From assembly GCA_965224085.1 (NCBI GenBank), contig CBDCYI010000005.1, forward strand, positions 1,600,001-1,664,000: DNA of 64,000 bases. Direction: 5' to 3'. Numbering within the stretch: the first letter of the stretch is position 1; every line of letters begins with the position of its first letter. Of this stretch, positions 57,353 to 64,000 are shown in pieces. The notes below the pieces were generated by a model. That model saw only the letters and a list, made by a program, of their open reading frames with translations. It was not told the origin of the DNA and ran no database searches. Origin of the DNA: Candidatus Marinacidobacterales bacterium (GTDB lineage: Bacteria > Acidobacteriota > Vicinamibacteria > Marinacidobacterales > SMYC01). A program made the position numbers and the translations under genes.

Positions 57353-58054
57353 TCAGTGGCTTTCCGCTTTTCTTTCGTCCGCAAGCTGGCGGCGTCCCTT
57401 CCGTGTCATCCAATAGAGCGCGACGGACGCGGTGAGCACGACGAGCCCAAGCGCCGTGCCAAAAACGATGACGGTCGTCGCCAACACGGAGCGGCGCTCG
57501 AAACGCGCTTCGATCCGCAGCTCGTCTCCGCCGAAGAGCTCTTCCGCCGTGCGTTGCCAACGGATGATGTTGCCCCTTTCTATGTCGTGTCGTGAGTTGT
57601 GAAATCGAACCGAGCTCGGAAAATGAAAACGAAACGCAAGGACGTCGTCCGGCTCGACATGATTCGGCCTTTCGGGGGTGATGGCGGGCACAGAGAGAAA
57701 AAGCGATAGCTCTCGCTGATCTTCGCGGCGGAGCCCGCAATCGCGAACGCGAAACACTGGGTGGCGGCAAAGCGCGTTCCAATCTTCGAATCTTCCCTGC
57801 ACATGTATGTAGCGCCGGCCGTCGCGGCTCGTCTCACGAACGGAATCGATTCTTAGAGCGGGGTCCTCGAAACGGGCGCGCATCGAGCTGACGCCGGGTG
57901 CTTCCACATCGTGTATCACGCCGAGTAGCTCGTGCGTGCCGCTGATGCGGATGTTGCCAGAGCCGTCGGTTGCGAGAAAAACCTCTTCCTCATATTCGTA
58001 GGATTCGCACCCGGCAAGAGCGAAGGCAAAAGCACAAAGGAAAACGACGCGCAT
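57353..58054 (-). CDS. hypothetical lipoprotein with C-terminal TM anchor
   Basis: LAGC lipobox; hydrophobic C-terminal helix. Confidence 0.65.
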   Translation of the reverse strand: MRVVFLCAFAFALAGCESYEYEEEVFLATDGSGNIRISGTHELLGVIHDVEAPGVSSMRARFEDPALRIDSVRETSRDGRRYIHVQGRFEDWNALCRHPVFRVRDCGLRREDQRELSLFLSVPAITPERPNHVEPDDVLAFRFHFPSSVRFHNSRHDIERGNIIRWQRTAEELFGGDELRIEARFERRSVLATTVIVFGTALGLVVLTASVALYWMTRKGRRQLADERKAESH

Positions 58055-58102
58055 CGCGTCGATTCTATAGCGCGTCGGTCGGTGGGATACAATGCGCTCC
58101 CC

Positions 58103-60793
58103 ATGGCCGAGGCGGACAGCCTTAATCGGGATCACCGGGAAGTCCTACTTCTCGTCGACGGGAACAACCTGTTTTACCGCTCTTTCTATGCGATCCCTCC
58201 TCTCGCTATTCGATCGGGACTTCCAACCAACGCCGTCTATGGCTTCGCCAACATTTTGCGAAAGCTTCTCGCCGACGAGTCGCCGGCCCTCGCGGCCGTC
58301 ACCTTTGATGCCGGGGGAAAAACCTTCCGCCACGAGCGCTACGACCAATACAAGGCGAATCGCCCTCCCATGCCTTCCGACCTGAAGTCGCAGCTACCCT
58401 ATACACGCAAGCTCTGCGACGTGCTCGGGCTTCCCATCGTCGAGATCTACGGCATCGAGGCTGATGACATCATCGGAACACTTGCTCGCCGCGGGATGGA
58501 TGCCGGTTACGAGATTCTCATCGCGTCCTCGGACAAGGACTTGTTCCAGCTGGTGCGCGAAGGCGTCACGATCATCCACCCCGTTCAATATGAGCGTCTC
58601 GATGCCGAACGTGTACGCGCGAAGCTCGGCGTGCCTCCCGAGGGCGTCATCGACTTGCTCGCGCTGAAAGGGGACTCCGTCGACAACATTCCGGGGGTCC
58701 ACGGGATTGGTGACAAGGGCGCCGCGAAGCTTCTCGCGGAATGGGGCTCGCTCGAGGGTGTGCTCGAGCACGCGGCAGAGGTCAAGAACAAACGCCAGCG
58801 CGAAGCGCTCTTGGAGCAGCGCGACGCTGCCCTTCTCTCCAAAGAACTCGTTACGATCGATACCACGCTCGATTTCGAGCTCGATTTCGACGAGCTGAGG
58901 TACAAAGGAGCCGACCGCGAGGCGGCGTTCGCGCTCTTCGGCGAGCTCGAGTTCACGTCGCTGCTCAAGGATTATCTTCCGAGTCACGAGCCGGCGGATA
59001 TCTCGGCGACCTTTCGGGAGCTCGCATCCAAAAAGGAGCTGGCCGCTTACCTGGCGCGAGCGCGCAAGAAGGGGAGCCTTTCTCTTTGGCTGGATCTCGG
59101 CGCGATAAAACGGTTCGATCCCTGGAATACCCCCCTGAACGGAGCGGGCCTCGCCATCGAGCCCGGAGAAGGCGTCTACGTGTCCTGTGGACGCGGCGTG
59201 AGCGAAGATGCGCTCGTGGCTGAATTGAGTGCCATCGCTTCCGAGCCCGAGGCGAGTATCGTTGGACACGATCTGAAACAGGCCGTGACCTTCTTTGGGG
59301 CGCGTGGCGTCGCGATGAAAAGCATCGGCTTCGACACCCGCGTCGCGTCCTATGTCCTCAACCCTTCGCGCCGCTCGCAAGAGCTAAACGACCTGCTGCT
59401 CGAGTTCTTGCAGACCCCTTTGACCAAGGAAGGGGAGGCCGCTTCGCCTCAAGGGGTTCTGCCCGGCTTGGAAGAGCCGGGTGCCGAGACCGCCGGCCCG
59501 CTCAATGCGGAGCGCGCCGAGCGGATCCTGCGGCTCCAGGAGAAGATGGAGCGCCGTCTCGAAGTGGAGGAGCTCACGAAGCTGTACCGTGAGCTGGAGC
59601 TCCCGCTGATTGGAACGCTGGCATCGATGGAGCTTGCTGGGATCGCGATCGACCGCCGGGCCTTCGACGACATGTCGCGAGAGATCGAGATCGATCTCGA
59701 GAAACTGACGACGGACGTTTACGAGCTTGCCGGCCAAGAGTTCAATATCAACTCTCCCAAGCAGCTCGCCGAAGTGCTCTTCGTCAAGCACAATCTCCCT
59801 TCGTTCAAGAAAACCCAGAGACAGCGGGTGGCGTCTACGAGCGTCGAGGTTTTGGAGGGGCTCGCGCGAAGCTTCCCGCTCCCCAAGAAAGTCTTGGAAT
59901 TTCGGAGTTTCTCGAAGTTGAAAGGGACCTATGTCGACGCGCTACCGCAGCTCATCCATAAAAAGACGCGCCGCATCCACACGACCTTCAATCAGACCGT
60001 TGCCGCGACGGGTCGTCTGTCGAGCAGTGACCCCAACTTGCAGAACATCCCCATCCGCACGGAGTTGGGCCGGCGCATCCGCCGCGCCTTCGTTGCCGAG
60101 CCGGGTGGTGTCTTGCTCTCGGCCGATTACTCGCAAATCGAGCTCCGCGTTCTCGCGCATCTCAGCCAGGACGAGAACTTGATCGAAGCGTTCCGCGCTG
60201 GCGAGGATATTCACGACCGCACTGCCCGTCAGATATTCGGGGAACAGACGGACTTGGGCGAGCACGAAAAAAGGCGCCGTGCGAAGATCATCAATTTCAG
60301 CATCATTTACGGGAAGACGGCCTTTACCCTCGGGAAGGATTTCGGCATCCCCACGAGGGAGGCGGAAGCGTTCATCGAGAGCTATTTCGAGCGCTACCCG
60401 AGAGTTCGCGAGCTCCTCGACACGATCGTCCGCGATGCGCGCCGAACCGGCAAAGTGCGGACGCTCTTCGGACGTCAGCGTTATGTACCGGAGATTGGCT
60501 CGCGGAACGGGAACACGCGGGCGGCGGCCGAGCGCGTCGCGGTCAATACACCCGTCCAGGGGACGGCGGCAGACCTTATGAAGAAAGCGATGATCGATTT
60601 GCACCGGGAGCTCGAGGCGGGAAGCTACGCCTCGCGTCTCCTGCTGCAAGTGCATGACGAGCTGGTCCTCGAGGTACCGGACGAAGAAGTGGAAAAGGCG
60701 ACGGAGCTCGTGCGCGAGACGATGGAGAACGTTTACCCGATGGCGGTGCCGCTGACGGTCGATATCGCAACCGACCGGTCCTGGAAGCACTAG
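58103..60793 (+). CDS. polA: DNA polymerase I
   Basis: LVDGN, EADD, TGRLSSSDPNLQN, DYSQIELR, QVHDE. Confidence 0.97.
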   Translation: MAEADSLNRDHREVLLLVDGNNLFYRSFYAIPPLAIRSGLPTNAVYGFANILRKLLADESPALAAVTFDAGGKTFRHERYDQYKANRPPMPSDLKSQLPYTRKLCDVLGLPIVEIYGIEADDIIGTLARRGMDAGYEILIASSDKDLFQLVREGVTIIHPVQYERLDAERVRAKLGVPPEGVIDLLALKGDSVDNIPGVHGIGDKGAAKLLAEWGSLEGVLEHAAEVKNKRQREALLEQRDAALLSKELVTIDTTLDFELDFDELRYKGADREAAFALFGELEFTSLLKDYLPSHEPADISATFRELASKKELAAYLARARKKGSLSLWLDLGAIKRFDPWNTPLNGAGLAIEPGEGVYVSCGRGVSEDALVAELSAIASEPEASIVGHDLKQAVTFFGARGVAMKSIGFDTRVASYVLNPSRRSQELNDLLLEFLQTPLTKEGEAASPQGVLPGLEEPGAETAGPLNAERAERILRLQEKMERRLEVEELTKLYRELELPLIGTLASMELAGIAIDRRAFDDMSREIEIDLEKLTTDVYELAGQEFNINSPKQLAEVLFVKHNLPSFKKTQRQRVASTSVEVLEGLARSFPLPKKVLEFRSFSKLKGTYVDALPQLIHKKTRRIHTTFNQTVAATGRLSSSDPNLQNIPIRTELGRRIRRAFVAEPGGVLLSADYSQIELRVLAHLSQDENLIEAFRAGEDIHDRTARQIFGEQTDLGEHEKRRRAKIINFSIIYGKTAFTLGKDFGIPTREAEAFIESYFERYPRVRELLDTIVRDARRTGKVRTLFGRQRYVPEIGSRNGNTRAAAERVAVNTPVQGTAADLMKKAMIDLHRELEAGSYASRLLLQVHDELVLEVPDEEVEKATELVRETMENVYPMAVPLTVDIATDRSWKH

Positions 60794-60872
60794 CAGCTAC
60801 CCGATGTCTCGTCTTCTTACTAGTGTCCCGCTAGTGTCCCGAATGTTCGGCGACCGGTCGACGTAACGAACT

Positions 60873-61511
60873 CTATTTGAGGCCCAAGTTTTTGGGGAGG
60901 TGGCCCGCGTGCGGGAGGATGAGGTCGGGCTCCGCCTCTTCGAGGATTTCTCGCGGGCCGTACTCGCTTTCGACGCCGACCGTGAACGATCCGACCCTAC
61001 GACCCATCTCGATGTCTTCTGGGCGATCGCCGACGAAGACGGCCTTTTCTGGCTCGATCCGAAGCTCGTGGAGAGCGCGCTGGAGCGGTGCAGGGTGCGG
61101 TTTCTTCTCTTCTGTATCTTCGAAACACACCACAACGGCAAAAAAGTCCATGAGAGCGTGGTTCTTGAGCTCGCGTAGAACGCGGTCGCGGTCGCCGCTC
61201 GTCACGAGCCCAAGGGTGCGGTCCGCGTCGCGCAGGCGCGTCAACATGGTCAGAACGAAGGGAAAGGGCTCGGAGACCTGCTCGCGATAAGTGCGTCGCC
61301 ACATCTGATCGGCGTTGTCCCATTCCGACCTCGGAACGCCGAGCTTCTCGTAGGAGTCGTACCAGTTGGGGCTATAGGTCTCAAGGAACTGTTCGCGGCC
61401 CACGTCGATACCGAAATGCTTCAAGACCGTGATGGACGCGTGGTAGCCGGCCGAGTAGGAATCGATGAGAGTTCCGTCCCAATCGAAGAGTATGGTGCTC
61501 GCCTTTTTCAT
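60873..61511 (-). CDS. HAD-family hydrolase
   Basis: FDWDGTL, KPHP, VGD. Confidence 0.9.
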   Translation of the reverse strand: MKKASTILFDWDGTLIDSYSAGYHASITVLKHFGIDVGREQFLETYSPNWYDSYEKLGVPRSEWDNADQMWRRTYREQVSEPFPFVLTMLTRLRDADRTLGLVTSGDRDRVLRELKNHALMDFFAVVVCFEDTEEKKPHPAPLQRALHELRIEPEKAVFVGDRPEDIEMGRRVGSFTVGVESEYGPREILEEAEPDLILPHAGHLPKNLGLK

Positions 61512-61544
61512 GGTCGCCTGTGGATCGATCGTTCTGGTCTAAGT

Positions 61545-61620
61545 CTAGTGTCCTGTATCAGGAGCTTGTTGCATAGCGCTCGAGGACATTTTGTGTGCTG
61601 GCGAGGCGTGGTGACGACAT
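61545..61620 (+). repeat. partial copy of the 39153 MITE family
   Basis: CTAGTGTCCTGTATCAG...GTTGCA...CATTTTGTGTGCTGGCGAGGCG shared with 39149-39210. Confidence 0.6.
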
Positions 61621-61707
61621 CATATCTAGATCTTGGGTCACTCGTCCGCGCGGCATCGTTTGTCGCGTCGCGTTGTTCGTGCTAGAAGAGGTCAGGGCTC
61701 ACCGGCC

Positions 61708-62235
61708 ATGCTTCTTCATTCCACCCTCGAGATCCCCGACCTGGAGCTCGAGATCTATTCGAGTGAAGCAGGACTCATGGCTATAGGTCTCGGCTCGGGG
61801 GAGCAATCCAAGCTCGAGTCGTGGCTTGGCCGTTTCTACGACGCGGTGCAAATCTTTCCGGCGGAGAACGGGCACGAGCTCTACCGGGGGCAGCTGCGCG
61901 AATATTTCGCCGGCCGCCGCCGCGTCTTCGAGTTTCCGCTAGATCTTCGCGGCACTACCTTCCAGAAGGACGTTTGGAGAACCGTTGCGAAAATCCCTTA
62001 CGGGCATACAGCCTCCTACGGAGAGATCGCGCATCTCGTGGAACGTCCAGGCGCAAGCCGCGCCGTGGGTGCGGCGAACCACGCGAATCCTGTTCCGATC
62101 GTCGTGCCGTGTCACCGTGTGATTGGCACCGACGGGACGCTCACGGGCTATGGTGGCGGGCTTGCCCTGAAGCGACGCCTCCTTGCGCTCGAGGGTATCC
62201 TCGAAGTGCCTGCGGTGCAGATGCGCTTGTTCTAG
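61708..62235 (+). CDS. ogt: methylated-DNA-protein-cysteine methyltransferase
   Basis: IPYG, RAVG, PCHRV, GYGGG. Confidence 0.93.
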   Translation: MLLHSTLEIPDLELEIYSSEAGLMAIGLGSGEQSKLESWLGRFYDAVQIFPAENGHELYRGQLREYFAGRRRVFEFPLDLRGTTFQKDVWRTVAKIPYGHTASYGEIAHLVERPGASRAVGAANHANPVPIVVPCHRVIGTDGTLTGYGGGLALKRRLLALEGILEVPAVQMRLF

Positions 62236-62270
62236 AATGGAACTGTCTTTCAAACAAGGAGATTTCGAAT

Positions 62271-62993
62271 ATGCCCTCGACTCGATTGGTATGGCTCCTC
62301 GCTTTCGTAATGCTCGCCGCGCTCGCCTTTGGATGTAGCACCGGCGAGGAGGCCCCAGCGGCGCCAGCGGAGGATACGAGCGCTGCTGAGGCCGCGCCCG
62401 ACCCGGAAGAAGCCGCTCCGCCCCCGGAAGAAGAAAGCGCCGAAGAAGCCGCGGAAGACCTCGCCGATGTCGGCTCCGGCTACCCGGTGGTCGAGATGAC
62501 GACGAGCATGGGCGTGATCAAGCTCGAGCTCTACCCGGACAAAGCGCCCAAGACCGTGGAGAACTTTCTCACCTATGTCCGAGACGGGTTCTTCGATGGG
62601 ACGATCTTCCACCGCGTCGTGCCCGGATTCGTGATCCAAGGAGGCGGCTTTCGACCGCCAAGTCCGTCGGACATGACGAAAAAGGAAACGCAGCCCCCCA
62701 TTATGAACGAGGCGGATAACGGGCTCAGAAACGATCACTATACGATCTGCATGGCGCGTACGAACGATCCCCATAGCGCCACGTCGCAATTTTTTATCAA
62801 CACGAAAAACAACGACATGCTGAATTACAGAAGTAAAGACGCGTCCGGTTGGGGCTATGCCGTTTTCGGCAAGGTCACCGAAGGTACGGGCGTCATAGAT
62901 GCGATCGAGAAAGTGCCGACGTCGCGTTCGGACGGTTATTCTGACGTGCCGGTTGACGCGGTCGTGATCGAGACCGCACGGCGCGTATCGTGA
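62271..62993 (+). CDS. cyclophilin-type PPIase lipoprotein with acidic linker
   Basis: APKTVENF, FHRVVPGFVIQGG, SATSQFFIN. Confidence 0.92.
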   Translation: MPSTRLVWLLAFVMLAALAFGCSTGEEAPAAPAEDTSAAEAAPDPEEAAPPPEEESAEEAAEDLADVGSGYPVVEMTTSMGVIKLELYPDKAPKTVENFLTYVRDGFFDGTIFHRVVPGFVIQGGGFRPPSPSDMTKKETQPPIMNEADNGLRNDHYTICMARTNDPHSATSQFFINTKNNDMLNYRSKDASGWGYAVFGKVTEGTGVIDAIEKVPTSRSDGYSDVPVDAVVIETARRVS

Positions 62994-63144
62994 CCAGCGC
63001 TCACGAGGTCAGCTCTTGCAAACGCCAATGACGACTTCGGGGACGCCTCCGGATTCTCCGAGCTCTCTTGGTTCGTGGCGGGATTCTCGCTCCCACGGTA
63101 GCCCACAGATATTGCGCAGCTGGTGAAGGCGAATCGCCAAGAGG

Positions 63145-63570
63145 TTGGCGGAGCAAGGGACCCTCGAGGAGGCCGCCACACATCTGCGCGAGGCGATCCG
63201 CACCCGAGAGGCCGATGACGCCAAGCCTCACTACAACCTCGGGAACGTCCTTCTTAAGCGTGGGGAGCTCGATGAGGCCGCTGCTCAATACCGGACAGCG
63301 ATCTCCATCGATCCTGAATATACCAGCGCACATTACAACCTCGGCAATGTCTTCTTCAGACAAGGAGATCTGAAGCAGGCGGCGACGCAGTACTAGCGTA
63401 CCCTCGCCATCGATCCGGAACACGCCCAAGCGCACAACAATCTGGGCATTGTGTACGCTACCCAAGGGCGATTGGCGCACGCGGCCGCCGCGTTCGAGAG
63501 AGCTCTCGAGATCGATCCCGACTACACAGAGGCCCGAAGGAACTTGGAGCGGGCCCGAGAAAACCCGTGA
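63145..63570 (+). pseudogene. TPR-repeat fragment with internal TAG at 63394-63396
   Basis: HYNLGN repeats continue in frame past the stop. Confidence 0.7.
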
Positions 63571-63702
63571 TCGGGAGGAGAAGGTGGTCGAAACGCGTGG
63601 TATCGTGAGCTTCGAGTGCTTCGCGGTGAGGCCCTCGAGACTGCGGGTCGGTACGAAGAAGCGCTCGAAGCCCAAAGAAAGGCCATCGATCTAACCAGGT
63701 AA

Positions 63703-64000
63703 ATGCCCCCGAAGCGTTCGACGCGTTCGCTCGAGTCGAAGCTCGCCCGGCTCACCGAGCTTCGAGATACGGCCGACACCGCGGAGCTTTGCAGCGAGCT
63801 CGCGAAACACTTGACCGGCAAGAACTCACACGTCGTCGCGCGCGCCGCCTCTGTGATCGAAGCGCGCAGAATCGAGGCGCTCGCCGCCGCCGTCGAAGGG
63901 CAGTTCGAGCGCTTCATGGTGGACCCCGTTAAGCTCGACAAAGGCTGCATCGCGAAGACAGCGATCGTGGCGTGTCTCGCCTCTTTGGAGCAAGGAAGTG
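63703..64000 (+). CDS. HEAT-repeat-like protein (partial)
   Basis: MPPKRS...HVVARAA...DKGCIAKTAIV; open to the window end. Confidence 0.55.
   Translation, partial: MPPKRSTRSLESKLARLTELRDTADTAELCSELAKHLTGKNSHVVARAASVIEARRIEALAAAVEGQFERFMVDPVKLDKGCIAKTAIVACLASLEQGS

Overview
GC-rich bacterial chromosome, probably Acidobacteriota. This is inferred from PadR plus duplicated MacB/FtsX-type 'ADOP' permeases and the gene repertoire. Intact blocks: a nonulosonic-acid/glycosylation cluster (2.9-10.8 kb), an ARG-box-controlled argC-argD-argF'-argB operon, an ExeA-like ATPase, an amidase pair, NrtR-pncA-pncB NAD salvage, xerC, a REC-GGDEF regulator, polA, ogt and a cyclophilin. Between them lie about 20 frameshifted, nonsense-mutated, internally deleted or fused gene remnants. 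Mobile elements comprise three near-identical IS5/IS903-type copies, two IS200-type tnpA elements, an IS1634-type element, IS91-, IS256- and integrase remnants, a DUF2924-recombinase element and at least two MITE families. The most distinctive signals are: (i) selective genome erosion; (ii) unrelated mobile elements all inserted at TTAG/CTAG, often at stop codons; (iii) an IS200 sitting cleanly inside a small gene with a sigma54-type promoter; (iv) a 52-bp structured direct repeat at the end of a tyrosine-integrase element; (v) a two-synthase, three-cytidylyltransferase nonulosonate cluster; (vi) a predicted succinyl-type ArgF'. No rRNA, tRNA or CRISPR array was seen. I found no single unambiguous new multi-gene system. 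All family calls are by-eye motif recognition, not database results.
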